From contig NC_068981.1 of assembly GCF_001194135.2 (NCBI RefSeq), positions 59,055,127 to 59,119,126 of the forward strand: 64,000 bases of DNA, given 5' to 3'. Under the pieces are notes generated by a model. It was given only the letters and a program-made list of their open reading frames with translations, searched no databases and was not told where the DNA came from. Both the position numbers and the translations under genes were made by a program. The DNA comes from Octopus bimaculoides (lineage: Eukaryota). This document shows, piece by piece, positions 13,165-26,307 of the stretch (positions are counted from its first letter, which is position 1; every line of letters starts with the position of its first letter).

Positions 13165-14199
13165 TTTCAAAGAAACCTCAAGCATTTCCGTAAACTTTAT
13201 TTTCCATTGACTACCAAAATAATGATAACTAGTATGGTTAATAAGAACTAATATTATTATGCAGTTCGTCTGGTGAAACTTTCCATAACGCTAACATTTT
13301 ATCATTTTCATCATTTACTGCATCAATACATACATATATGCATACATACACACATACATACACATGCTATAGGTCAGTAGGCCGAAACTTTGAAGTGACT
13401 CTCGCCTTTCTTCTTTTAAAAGTATAATATACTTGCATAGCTACATATGCGTTTTAAATGCATTAAGCGAATTGTACACAAAGATAGAAGATTCGTTATG
13501 CATATTGAAATGCAATTTGTCAGACATTGAAATATCCCTACTCAATGTGTGTTTCTAACAGAACTGTAAAATATGCTGCTATTCTCATTGAAGATTAGCA
13601 CTCGTTTGTCTCTGATAACAATAGCAGCATACTTAAATATATAACAAAATATATACAGAAGAGATATTGAAAACTTGAAAGTAGCCAGAGGAGCACAATA
13701 TGCTTCTTAGATAGCCACAATCAGTCAATACTGTAAAAGGCTTTACTCACAAAATTAGCTTACGCACACACACGCGCATGCACGCACGCACGTACACACA
13801 CGCACAAACACATGGACACACATACCGATTATTAAATATATATATTTGTGTAATATACGTACATCTGTGTATGCGTGCATGTATGCGCGCGCGCGTGTCC
13901 GTTTGTAATTAATCCAACCTTTCCGCAGCATTTATACTAAATTGAACGAATTATTTATTTTAAAAACACCCATTTAGTGTCACATACCGGAAATAATATA
14001 TGCTTCTACATTTTCTAACTTTGTGAGTGTAAATATGGAAGTATGAAAACAAAATAATTTGATTAATGCATAATTTATTCAATAAAACCTTTGTTCAGTC
14101 TGAGCAAATTAAAATTTAGAATCTCGATTGTGAGAAAGATTTTAATTCTCAAGCGATATAATTTATGATATTATTGTTCGTTCCTTTTACATTTATAAG

Positions 14200-14900
14200 T
14201 GCTGAACATTCTGCTATCAGTTGTTGTACGATATCGAATGTATTATAACAAATGAAGCAGGTGTGTTTTCGTGAGAGATAAGTGTTTCACTACCACTTCA
14301 TGTTAAATATCAAATTTTTATTGAAACAAAGTAATCCTCTGGCGATTTTTCTGTATTATAAAAAATATCAAGTAGCATCAATTCAACAAGTTTTATGCAA
14401 AAGCATGCATGATAAATAATGTCATAATTCTAATCGCAAGTCAATGATTAGAAATACGAATCTATAAAGTTTTATTATGTTGTGTGTTCACTACAATAAC
14501 TACATAGATGATAGATATTGCAAGGAACTTAATTGTAATACTGATCGAAACCCTTAATGAAACTTTGTTATTAGAGGAAGCAAGGGAGAAATCTCCACAA
14601 AAATTCAACTAGCCACAAATTAATTTTAATGAAATACATAAAGATCATTGGCAGTAATGTGTCAAATCTTTGCAACGGTTGTAACAACTCCGTACATGTT
14701 TCGATATTGTTGGATTTTCTCAGTAAAGCAAAATTTACTGAATAGCTACCAAAATCTCAGTATGACCAGTAGAAACAAACTTTTTTGTGAAGAATACCCA
14801 GTAATTTGGTAGATGCAAAGAGTGAGACAGGAACATTACCCAATATTGCTTTGTGTATATTTAAGCGCAGGCTAACAAACTTGAAGGGATGAATCAAAAA
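14200..14900 (+). mobile_element. Highly decayed hAT (Charlie/GTF2IRD2-like) transposase relic
   Basis: Motifs in the expected order: CIITNEA (cf. VTTDGA), SIQQVLCKSM..INNVI...IR (cf. IHQExLCxKxxxMxxVMxxVxxxVNFIR), IRGSKGEI (cf. VRWLSKG), LTNLKG (cf. LNxxLQG). Many stops and frameshifts; no TIRs found. Confidence 0.45.
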
Positions 14901-16752
14901 TAATTTTTAATTAATTGGAGTTACAGCTGTAGTGAAATCAGTCTGAGAATCCTCTCCTTTGTTCCTTAGGAAAAAAAAAATTACCGCTAATGAATACTTT
15001 TCTCATTAACGAAGTCATTTCAATAAATTAATCATTATTTTCGTCTCACCATTTCAAATATGGTTCGTGTACTTAGCTATATGTCTATCTTTTGTCCAGA
15101 AGGCGTAACAGAAAAATTCTAAGGAACTTCATGTTAAGTGGATGGCAGATTATTAGCTTCTTTGGATATGATGCCAACCCTGGAGTCTCTACGTGCTTGC
15201 TCGATCAGCTAGAAACAACCGCAAAATCGTCATTAAACCACTTCCTATCATCTTAAATAAAGGAAGGCAGGATGGTAACGACTGAAAAACCTTTGATAAT
15301 AAGTCTGCTCTATTAGGCTTGATTGGTGGATCAATCATCAACGACAACATCATCAACACTAACGACCAGTTGTGTTTCCTTAGATTTGATATTCATATTC
15401 AAGAGTTAGGTGAATGGAGTCGTCTAACATTAGATTTATTTATACGCAGTGGACTGGAAATCCAATGTATAGACATTGCTGTTAGTGCAATATTTCATTC
15501 AGCTTTTGTACTTGTATATACTAAATATCGTATTGATTGAATTATGCTAGACGAGATATCTTTAATAATTGTTTATAACTTATCTATTGCACATAAAAAT
15601 TGGGAATAAATAACTTATTTATATGACATACTTCCTGTTTAGAGAATCCCTATTTCCGGTTGTATAAGCTGATGCAGCAAATATTTGGAAAAAAATTCTT
15701 TTGTATTGAACTTTTATACAATGCTGTTGTTCTCCATATATATATTGATTTTAACAATGATAATCAGGCACAAAAGGTTTCTTTTTATGCTTGCTACTCT
15801 TATCACATGAAACATACGAAAATAAAATAAAAACTGCTTCTACGAGTCACAGAGATGACCTTCGAATGCATTACTGCAATAGCCAATTCATTACTGCATC
15901 AAGTTCACCGACAAATATTGGACTGAGTATTAAACAAAACAGTCAATTGTCTATAACCGCTTAACATTTTGCTTATTATGACAATGGTTGAATAAAGGAC
16001 AAGAAATGAGCCTCAGGATTTTATTCATAGAAATCATATCTGGTCAGTATTGATGCTGTGTTTCAACGTTTAATTGTTATTGGTTGTTCGTCTTAGAAGT
16101 ACTGGCATCACGTTAAACTTAGTAGCAAGAAGAAAAGAAAGCAACCTTCTACATGTAAAGTACTGACAGTTTCTGACAGTATTGTTCAAATATTTGAATG
16201 ATCGGGCAATTTAAAAGTATTGTCTAATTGTAAGTCTCTTTGAGAGTGGAATATTGTAATATTGCAATATTTTAAATAGTATCGGTCCCTTGAGTTATCA
16301 TAGGAAAGTATTATTGATATTATTAAAACCAATCAATTTTGACAATAGGTAACTGTTATAAATTCCAGTTGCTAATTATGTTTTCTCTAGACGAGCGCAA
16401 GAATCGCGGAAGAAGTATCTATAGTTATAGTACATATGCGTCTTTAAGATTTTCTATCGATCCTATAAAAGAAGCCTGCAGAATTTATAAAATGTCGCAC
16501 AATATAAATTATACAAGATAGTCGCATACTTATCTTGGTTTCAGAAGTCAAGTAAAATTTATTATACGTATAGAAGTTTCAAAAGTAAGCTAAGTTTAAG
16601 AATTACTTCTCGAAGTTTCATGCCTGGAAACAGGAATCTGAAAGAGGTAATGTCAGGCTTGCTAACAATAAGCAAACATCCATCAACATATTTTTTTACA
16701 TTATACCACATGAAAGATAATGAATATTGATGTGGAGGCAATTTAAACTTAC

Positions 16753-16818
16753 ATGAATGATACTTTATATGACAGAAAATATGAATGATACTTTATATGA
16801 CAGAAAATATGAATGATA
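16753..16818. repeat. 28-bp tandem repeat, about 2.4 copies
   Basis: ATGAATGATACTTTATATGACAGAAAAT twice, plus a partial copy. Confidence 0.9.
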
Positions 16819-17834
16819 GTATTTACTTACATATTTTCAAAGAGAAATACTTGGATTAAGTATCATTTGCAAATATTGATATAGTGTAGTGATAGTTAAT
16901 CTATCTTTGGATTATCTCATTCCACCCCTCCATAAAATTGATCGCCATTACTTGATTAATACTTATTTTATAAAAGTGACCTTCCGCCAGGACGATGAAA
17001 GCAAAAAAAGTTATGTTTAACCTTAGAAAGAAGCATATCAGGAGGCAATTAGTCTAAAACTACACCGTGAATGGTAATCCATTGTACTTATAATGGCTCT
17101 TATATCAATAATAATGACTTATAATTTAGGCACAAACCACATATTTTGAGATGAAGCACTCGATTATATTGATCTGTTGTATTTAACTAGAATTTATTTT
17201 ATGAATCTCAGAAGGATAAAATGCAAAGTCGTTTATACAAGCAGAATGGGAACTCCAAACGTAAAGGGACGTATATAGATACTACAAGGCATTTTTGATT
17301 GTGTTCTACCGTTTTTATAAAAAAAATCAACCTTATTTGTATTATACTTGGGTTAATGCAAATATATCTTTATATGCAATCGAAACACTGACACCCTTTC
17401 CATTCACTACTTATTACACTCTCCCTAAATAACTCTTACCTCACACTACCCCCTACACCATTCAACTCTACACCACCTCTTACACTAACCGTTTCTCTGA
17501 AATAATGTAATATAAAACTAATATTCCACACACCCTCTTACACCAACCCATTCACTCAACAAATGAAACCGAAAGCATCTGTGTGTATGTGTGTGCGCGT
17601 TCATAATGTTACTCATCTATTCATTGTATATTTCCTCCGTGATAGATCGGTGCTACTGGCTATAATCGTAGAGGGGTCCCTGGTAGTTGGTGCTTTTGAC
17701 TGAGAACAAAATGATATATTTCACTTCTCCCCGAGTTTCAGCTGGTGATGCATTCGGAATATCAGTTTCAATGACCCGTTGTCATTATTGCTATATCTGG
17801 TATTCTCATATTTTCTATTTAGGGAGTTTTTCGG

Positions 17835-18600
17835 CCAGAAAGCCCTCAAAGGGTCATATTACCACACGTGTGGTCCAAGGTCAATGATTATATTACTGCC
17901 CCCGACAATAAACAACAACTTCGGAATTACTATGTGGTTTTATGAGGGGGGAGGACATTAAGGTTGTTTATGCAAAACTATCTCGACCGTGCGTTATTTC
18001 TTGTCACTTGGACGCTCATCAGCTACTCGTCCTGCGTAACAAAGGTGACGACGGAACAAGACTCAACGTCATAACCCATGTTTTTATTATGACTCGCGTT
18101 AAACGTCATTTCATGTATTGTGGAACCAGAATATAGGCATGTGTGGCGCATCAGCTTTTCTTGTTTCCTGGTTGTAGCCTCAGAAAACCAAGCACACACG
18201 TTCATATACCTTGCTTTGGTCAATGGAAATCACCTTGTTCAACATCTCGACTAGAACTTCCTTTAACTGCTCTTAGGACGCAATGAAAGCCCAATCGAAC
18301 TCCGAAGGGTAGGAGTATGACATTTTTCTTGATCTTTTTCTAGAAAAATCATCAACAGAGGCAAACTGTTTTTATTACCCACCTCTCTCATATTTGCGCG
18401 TTTACTCATATTCAATATTTCTTTGGTTGGTAACATTAACAAAACTATTGTCGATATTGTCCTTCCGTTGTTAAAATTTTGGTTACTGTCAACTTCTGTG
18501 CTTGAAAAAATGCATCCGGTTGTGCAATTGTCATTTTCTTGTGTTTGAAAGTATTAATGTCTGTATTTATAATAGTGCCAGTTTGTTTGTCATAACGTTT
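17835..18600 (-). pseudogene. Decayed BTB-BACK-Kelch (KLHL-type) pseudogene, apparently intronless
   Basis: Minus-strand translation across frameshifts. BTB-like: GTIINTDINTFKHKKMTIAQPDAFFQA, NIEYE*T, MIFLEKDQEKC. BACK-like: EQLKEVLVEMLNKVISIDQSKVYE/VCAW/GYNQETRKADAPH. Kelch-like: IPKLLFIVGGSNIIIDLGPHVW*YDPLRAFW. The order matches KLHL proteins. Confidence 0.55.
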
Positions 18601-18717
18601 TTGTTTGTTACTTTAACAATCTGTGTTTTTGTGTCCATAATTGTCAAAACTTTTATCGAAATTCTTAAGTGTGTATGTGCTGTTAGTACCTTTACAAACA
18701 ATAACTCTTACCACTAC

Positions 18718-20119
18718 TCTAGAGGAGTACTATAGACGAGTTAGATCAATACTAAAAACAGAGCTCAATGCTAAAAACAAGATAATGGGTATCAACACTT
18801 TAGCTGTCCCAGTTATAAGCTACAGCTACAACATCCTTAACTGGACACTAAACGAACTATGTAAAATAGACAGGAAAACAAGAAAAATAATGACAGGATA
18901 TAGGATGCACCACCCAAAATCTGACATAGAAAGGCTATATATACAACGCACAGAAGGTGGCAGGGGTCTTATACAGCTAGAAAACTATTATAAAATAACC
19001 ACCATAGGACTGCAAAAATACCTACTCCAGAAGCAAGGGAAACTAATACAAATAGCCACAAAACACGAGCANNNNNNNNNNNNNNNNNNNNNNNNNNNNN
19101 NNNNNNNNNNNNNNNNNNNNNNNNNNNNNNNNNNNNNNNNNNNNNNNNNNNNNNNNNNNNNNNNNNNNNNNNNNNNNNNNNNNNNNNNNNNNNNNNNNNN
19201 NNNNNNNNNNNNNNNNNNNNNNNNNNNNNNNNNNNNNNNNNNNNNNNNNNNNNNNNNNNNNNNNNNNNNNNNNNNNNNNNNNNNNNNNNNNNNNNNNNNN
19301 NNNNNNNNNNNNNNNNNNNNNNNNNNNNNNNNNNNNNNNNNNNNNNNNNNNNNNNNNNNNNNNNNNNNNNNNNNNNNNNNNNNNNNNNNNNNNNNNNNNN
19401 NNNNNNNNNNNNNNNNNNNNNNNNNNNNNNNNNNNNNNNNNNNNNNNNNNNNNNNNNNNNNNNNNNNNNNNNNNNNNNNNNNNNNNNNNNNNNNNNNNNN
19501 NNNNNNNNNNNNNNNNNNNNNNNNNNNNNNNNNNNNNNNNNNNNNNNNNNNNNNNNNNNNNNNNNNNNNNNNNNNNNNNNNNNNNNNNNNNNNNNNNNNN
19601 NNNNNNNNNNNNNNNNNNNNNNNNNNNNNNNNNNNNNNNNNNNNNNNNNNNNNNNNNNNNNNNNNNNNNNNNNNNNNNNNNNNNNNNNNNNNNNNNNNNN
19701 NNNNNNNNNNNNNNNNNNNNNNNNNNNNNNNNNNNNNNNNNNNNNNNNNNNNNNNNNNNNNNNNNNNNNNNNNNNNNNNNNNNNNNNNNNNNNNNNNNNN
19801 NNNNNNNNNNNNNNNNNNNNNNNNNNNNNNNNNNNNNNNNNNNNNNNNNNNNNNNNNNNNNNNNNNNNNNNNNNNNNNNNNNNNNNNNNNNNNNNNNNNN
19901 NNNNNNNNNNNNNNACAAATACATAACAAAAACACCAGGACTTACAAATATATATAACATACAGAAAATTGCACTACTGGGTACTGCACACATTCTACGC
20001 AAAACACTTTCAATACAGTAAACATAAGAGCACCACAGCAAACCACAGCACATACCCAAGGCGCACAGAGCTGCGCTCGGTAGTGAAGTGAAAGCACGTT
20101 ATAAAAATAAAACTACTGA
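18718..20119 (+). mobile_element. R4/Dong-clade RLE LINE, family B; 5'-truncated, middle hidden in a gap, ends in (TAA)n
   Basis: EYYRRVRSILKTELNAKNKIMGINTLAVPVISYS...HHPKSDIERLYIQRTEGGRGL. After the gap: KYITKTPGLTNIYNIQKIALLGTAHILRKTLSIQ*, a short 3' UTR, then CTGAATAATAAT. Confidence 0.88.
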
Positions 20120-20141
20120 ATAATAATAATAATAATAATAA

Positions 20142-20310
20142 CAATCCTTTCTATTATGGGCACAAGGCCTGACATTTGGGGGAGTGGATAGTCAATTACA
20201 TTGGCCCCATTACTCAACTGCTACCTATTTAATCGACTCCGAAAAGATGAAAGGCAAAGTCAACCTTGGCGGAATTTGAACTCAGAACGATTCTGCCAGC
20301 TCACCGCCTT
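20142..20310 (-). mobile_element. SINE-A with (ATT)n tail; A-box to B-box spacer deleted
   Basis: AAGGCGGTGAGCTGGCAGAATCGTT|CTGAGTTCAAATTCCGCC. The deletion joins two CGTT words present in the full copy at 23851-24071. Confidence 0.88.
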
Positions 20311-20319
20311 AATAATAAT

Positions 20320-20415
<96 letters not shown>

Positions 20416-20417
20416 AA
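20311..20417. repeat. (TAA)n-(GAA)n compound microsatellite
   Basis: Read directly from the sequence. Confidence 0.97.
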
Positions 20418-23018
20418 ACAGAATGGGAGTGACAAAAGAAAAGATCCATGGCGGAAGAATCCAGGCAGGGTTAGACAAGCTCTCGAAGGAAATCTCAGTG
20501 TTAGACCGAAAAGAGAAAGGGGAGCTTAAAAGCGAATAAAAATACAGGGTGCTGAAAAAGAAGTATAATATTGAAAGAAAGGACCTGAATGTAGTAGTGG
20601 AGGAACTGAAACAGCGCCTCGTTGCAAAGAAAGCAAAGATGATAAGATACGACTAAAGAATGACGGGTTACCACCAGAATAGGTTTTTCAGAGTAGATCA
20701 GAAGAGATTCTATAAAGAAATAAATGGGGAGAGTACAGATGAAATGTTGATACCAGATAACATTGAAAGTCAAAGGTTTTGGAGTGACATCTGGAGCAAA
20801 GACGACAAGGAGCGCAAGAAGGATGCCGAATGATTGCAAGAACTGAAACAAACAGTAGTCTGTCCAAAACAGGCAGAACTAGTCATTTCAGTTTGGGAAG
20901 TAAAGGAAATCAGTAAAAAATGAACAACTGGAAGGCCCCGGGACCAGATGGAGTTCAAGGCTACTGGATCAAACAATTTGGTGAATATCATGCACGAATA
21001 GCTGCGCAACTCAACACCTTGTTAAATGCCGACCAAGTAACACCAGAGTGGTTGACATTGGGTAGGACAGTGCTGTGCCTGAAAAAAAAAAACATCAGAA
21101 AAGGCAATACGGTAGACAATTAGAGGCCGATATCCTGTTTGCCACTTATGTGGAAGTTATTGACTGGAATAGTCAATGTACGAACATCTGGAAAAATGGA
21201 GTCTTGTTACATGAGCAGAAGATACCAAGGATCAACACCTGAGAGACAAAACTGTACTCAGAGACTGCAAGAGGAGGAAAAGTAACTTAGCCATGTCATG
21301 GATCGACTATCGTAAGGCGTACGATATGATCCCACATTCTTGGATTATGGAATGTATGAACCTATTTGGTATTGCATCGAATGTTGAGCGATTGCTTGGA
21401 AAAAGTATGGCGAATTTAAGGACGGACCTGACAGCATACGGAAAACGTTTAGGGACAGTAGAATTTAGGAGGGGTATCTTCTAAGGGGACTACTTGTCCC
21501 CACTGATCTTTGTACTGTGCTTGATACCACTAAGACTGATTCTGAAGAAAGCAAAAGCTAGGTATGTATTCAAAAGTCGCCAACAGAAAGTCAACCATTT
21601 GTTATTCATGGATGACCTCAAACTTTATGGTGAAGATGAAGCCCAAGTCAGTTCCCTCGTTGATACGGTGTATACCTTCAGTGGTGATGTCAGAATGGAA
21701 TTCGGACTGAAAAGTGTGGTGTGTTAGTCTTGAAGAGAGGCAAAATTCAAATGTAAGGACGGGCTAACTCTACCGGCGGGAGAGGTTATGAAGTAGATAG
21801 AAGAGACGGGTTATAAGTACTTGGGGATTTTGGAAATGGATAAATTCATGGAGAAAGAAATGACAGAAAAATTTAAGGTGGAGTACTTACGCAGACTGAT
21901 ACTGATCCTTAAATCGAAATTAAACAGTCGGAATAAGATCGAAGCTATTAACACCTGGGCGGTTTCACTCCTTAGATATGGCGCAGGGGTAATCGCATGG
22001 ACAGTAGACTAACTAAACAGCTTAGACAGAAAGACGAGGAAATTGCCAACTAGATATGGGTCACTCCACTCAAAAAGAGGCACAGACAGACTGTATGTAC
22101 CAAGAAAAAGAAGGGGAAGAAAACTTATTGGATGCGAACACAGCATTAGAGCAGAAGAAAACAACATAGCATGGTATGTAAAATATGCCACGGAACCGCT
22201 ATTATTAGAAGTAAGAAGGTCAGGCTTGTGTAGGATGAAAGATTGCAAAGATAAAGCACTATACAAGAACTTGAGAACGAATGAAACTGAAAATAGGTGG
22301 GTAAAGAAAAGAATGCATGGTCAATTTCATTGAGATGTTGAAGATAAGACAGACACAGAAAACAGATGACTGTGGATGACTAAAAGTGATTTAAAACCGG
22401 AAACGGAGGCTCTAATCTGTGCTGCCCAAAAGTAAACTACATAAAATACAAAATAGACAACACATCAGAAAGTGATAAGTGTAGAATCTGTGGACAAAAC
22501 GGTGAAACCGTATGGCATATTACCAGTCAATGTACGCCACTAGCCCAGAAGGAATATAAGAAACGTCACAACAATATAACCTGGCTTGTCCATTGGACAC
22601 TTTGCAACAAGTATGGACTTAACAGAGCAAAAAATTGGTACGACCACAAATCCGAAGGCATCGTTGAAAAGAGAAATACAAAGATCCTATGGGATTTTAT
22701 GATTCAGTGCGACCATGAAAAAGAGAATAGGAAGCCGAATATAGACTTAATTGAGAAAGAAAACAAACTATGCTGGATCATAGATATAGCATGCCCAGCT
22801 GACAACAAGGTATGCGTTACGGAAGAAAGAAAAGTCGAGAGATATGGCAGGGTAGCTTAGGAAGTTAAGCAGTTGTAGTCGATGAAAAAGGTGTTAAAAG
22901 TACCAATAATTATCGGAGCCCTGGGAACAGTGAGCAAAAATCTCGAGAAGTTCATGGAACAAATAGGGGCTGCAATAAGGGTTGAGCACTTGCAGAAAAC
23001 AGCACTGCTTGGAACCGC
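20418..23018 (+). mobile_element. R4/Dong-clade RLE LINE, family A; 5'-truncated, also lacking the last codons and 3' UTR
   Basis: [52 protein letters not shown] (~21605), YKYLGILE, MHGQF, CRICGQNGETVWHITSQC (CCHC), RKPNIDLI...IIDIACP (RLE), IIIGALGTV...QKTALLGTA. Bounded by trinucleotide arrays on both sides. Confidence 0.93.
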
Positions 23019-23022
23019 AATA

Positions 23023-23106
<84 letters not shown>

Positions 23107-23112
<6 letters not shown>

Positions 23113-23199
23113 TAGTAGGTGCCTTAGGTATAATAAAAAAATACTCAGACAAATACATAACAAAAATACCAGGACTTACAAATATATATAACATACAGA
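23107..23199 (+). mobile_element. Family B RLE LINE 3' fragment in a (TAA)n array
   Basis: IIVGALGIIKKYSDKYITKIPGLTNIYNIQ. The nucleotide sequence is near-identical to 19915-19964. Confidence 0.85.
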
Positions 23200-23571
23200 N
23201 NNNNNNNNNNNNNNNNNNNNNNNNNNNNNNNNNNNNNNNNNNNNNNNNNNNNNNNNNNNNNNNNNNNNNNNNNNNNNNNNNNNNNNNNNNNNNNNNNNNN
23301 NNNNNNNNNNNNNNNNNNNNNNNNNNNNNNNNNNNNNNNNNNNNNNNNNNNNNNNNNNNNNNNNNNNNNNNNNNNNNNNNNNNNNNNNNNNNNNNNNNNN
23401 NNNNNNNNNNNNNNNNNNNNNNNNNNNNNNNNNNNNNNNNNNNNNNNNNNNNNNNNNNNNNNNNNNNNNNNNNNNNNNNNNNNNNNNNNNNNNNNNNNNN
23501 NNNNNNNNNNNNNNNNNNNNNNNNNNNNNNNNNNNNNNNNNNNNNNNNNNNNNNNNNNNAATAATAATAAT

Positions 23572-23818
23572 AAAGATAGTGCTCATGGGATCTGCCCATA
23601 TCCTACGTAAAATACTGTCTATGTGATCTCAAATTTTAAAACAAACACAATTTTCTTATGGTTTCTTAAACATTCTCTAGTACAAATCCAAACGTACAAA
23701 TCCAAATATATGGTACCCTAGGCATAATACCTACATGAACTTCTAACTTGTTGTCTCTTGAGGTCTCTGGGTGAGACTTGGACCCAACTTGTACAAATGC
23801 AAAACAAAAGTCAAACAA

Positions 23819-23820
<2 letters not shown>
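23572..23820 (+). mobile_element. RLE LINE family C: last codons plus 3' UTR, ending in (TAA)n
   Basis: KIVLMGSAHILRKILSM* is homologous to the family B C-terminus KIALLGTAHILRKTLSIQ*. The 3' UTR recurs at 26.3 and 27.1 kb. Confidence 0.82.
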
Positions 23821-23850
<30 letters not shown>

Positions 23851-23856
<6 letters not shown>

Positions 23857-24070
23857 TCCTTTCTACTGGAAGCACAAGGTCTCAAATTTTGGGGAAGGGA
23901 TTAAGCCGATTACATCAACCCCAGTGCGTAACTGGTACTTATTTAATCGACCTCGAAAGCATGAAAGGCAAAGTCGAACCCGGCAGAATTTGAACTCAGA
24001 ACGTAGCAGCAGACAAAATACCGCTAAGCATTTCGCCCGGCGTGCTAACGATTCTGCCAGCTCGCTGCCT

Positions 24071-24071
<1 letters not shown>
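23851..24071 (-). mobile_element. SINE-A, full length
   Basis: AAGGCAGCGAGCTGGCAGAATCGTTAGCACGCCGGGCGAAATGCTTAGCGG...GTTCTGAGTTCAAATTC. (ATT)n tail on one side and (TAG)n on the other. Confidence 0.9.
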
Positions 24072-24128
<57 letters not shown>

Positions 24129-24451
24129 GGTGGTAGTAGTAGTAGTAATAGTAGTAATAATAACTGTCTGAAATTTTGACTCAAGACCTGCGATTTTAGG
24201 TTGAAGAGGTCAGTCGATTATATCGACCCTTCACTAGTACTGTATTCAATCGACCCCACTATATTGGTGTGCGAATGTGTGTGTGTGTGTGTGTGTGTGT
24301 GTGGAAATTGAATAAACAGAACCCCAGTACTTGACTCGCGCTTATTTTACTCACCCTAGAAAGATGAAAGGCAAAGATAAAGTTCAGCGCTCTCTCTCTC
24401 TATAACTGATCAGTACTTAAGATTCTACTCCTTTTTCTACTACTACTTTTT

Positions 24452-24519
<68 letters not shown>

Positions 24520-24859
24520 GCTGCTGCTGCTGCTGCTATCTTTTCGAAACAAGTTTCTATTTTCATAACTCAGAAATGAACAATAGGGAATTGAATTGTT
24601 GTTGCTGTTGTCTAGCCCCTACCACTCCCGATCGAAGACGCTACAAAAATAAACACCCGGTCTTTTGTATATGCATAACCACATTTTGCAATGTGTCTTT
24701 ATCTTAATAACACGGTTAGATGGGAATTGAAAGGAATTTGTTTTCTATTTCTTGCATATCACGTAGAATTTTCTTGATTGGCTCATAAAGAATTGATTTA
24801 TAAAGTTTGGTACACTATGAATGTCCTGATATTACACCACTGAAAAAAATAGATTGTAT

Positions 24860-25142
24860 TGGCCCAGGTACAACTGTGTGGTTTAGACGTTCGCTTTGAA
24901 AGCACGTGGTGCAGGGTTTAGTCTCACAGCGCAGCACCTTGGCCAAATGTCTTCTACTAATACCCCTGACTGATAGATGACATATAAGTAGATTTGGGAA
25001 ACGGAAATTGCATGGAAAACCGTCACGCGCGCGTGTGTGCGCATTTGTTTATCCCACCACTTCACAGCCAATGTTGGTTTGTTTATGCTCCCATAACTCT
25101 GTGGGTTGGTAAAAGAACAATAGAGTAAGTATCAAACTTTAA

Positions 25143-25207
<65 letters not shown>

Positions 25208-25437
25208 GGGACCTTTTGAGTGGGATGGGCTACTCGACCTGAAGAAAATTCTAACTGGGCCCCGCCTGGACGGTCATGCGCTGTTTATCTTGATATGAGA
25301 TCACCATGTCGCGTACATATTGTTGTGATGCATGTGCCTGGTGTACCCTTATCAGATGGGTAGTCATAATGGGTATAAAGGGATTCGTATATTTTACCCC
25401 AGTGTCACTTTGATGGTATGCACTGCTCTCTCACTCA

Positions 25438-25492
<55 letters not shown>

Positions 25493-25605
25493 GTAGTATT
25501 AGTGAGGTCGATTTCTTCTACTAAAACCTTCAAAACAGTGCCCCAGCATGGCAGCAGACTAATGACTGAAAGAGTAAAATGACTGAAAGAAGAATAAAAA
25601 ATTAT
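24860..25605 (+). mobile_element. Old SINE-B copy split by a (TAA)n-flanked insertion
   Basis: Head at 24860-24980, middle ACAGCCAATGTTGGTTTGTTT at ~25065, tail CCCCAGCATGGCAGCAGACTAATGACTGAAA at 25541-25570. Confidence 0.75.
25208..25438 (+). mobile_element. Unclassified ~230-bp element (X) between two (TAA)n arrays; probably the 3' end of another TAA-targeting retroposon
   Basis: Non-microsatellite block GGGACC...CTCTCACTCAG bounded by (TAA)n at 25142-25207 and 25439-25492. No ORF or tRNA boxes seen. Confidence 0.55.
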
Positions 25606-26080
25606 TTAAAAAAATATAATTGAAAACTGTAAGGTCAGAAGTCAGGAATGTTTATAAAATTCACTTCAGTAATATAATTAACGATGACAATAAATCACTT
25701 TATAATCATTATTACGAAGCTGCTAAGTTACAATGGTATTAGACAAGAATGCTTGGAGCCAATACTGCGTTCTATGTTGATTGCTAGCAGTTCACCCATA
25801 AATTTTAATTGCACATCTGTATAATACAGATCAGTAATTTCTGATTGAATTTTCCATCGAAACCAATAATTGTTACCCTAACTTGATTGAGTTAAGCAAA
25901 TAAATATCCCATTTTACTTGCTATTTGTTGCATTAAAACCAGAGTTTCAGGAGCGCTTACACGTTCGTTTGACTTGCTAAATATATATCAGCCTAAGGAA
26001 TACGTAGTTAATGTTTAAGCTTAACTCTATATACAATTTCAATTGTTACTAACATATTTAAAGTGGCTTCGTTAAATATC

Positions 26081-26150
<70 letters not shown>

Positions 26151-26160
26151 TAATAATAAC

Positions 26161-26195
<35 letters not shown>

Positions 26196-26228
26196 TAATA
26201 ATAATTTTTATTGTTGTTGTTGTTGTCG

Positions 26229-26262
<34 letters not shown>

Positions 26263-26307
26263 GATATAATATTATGATATAATAATGATAATCTAGAACA
26301 ACACTAT

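Noticed and set aside
17960-18720. 5' inversion (twin priming) of the adjacent family B LINE
   Set aside because: The inverted segment translates to BTB/BACK-like motifs, not to the RT sequence expected upstream of EYYRRVR.
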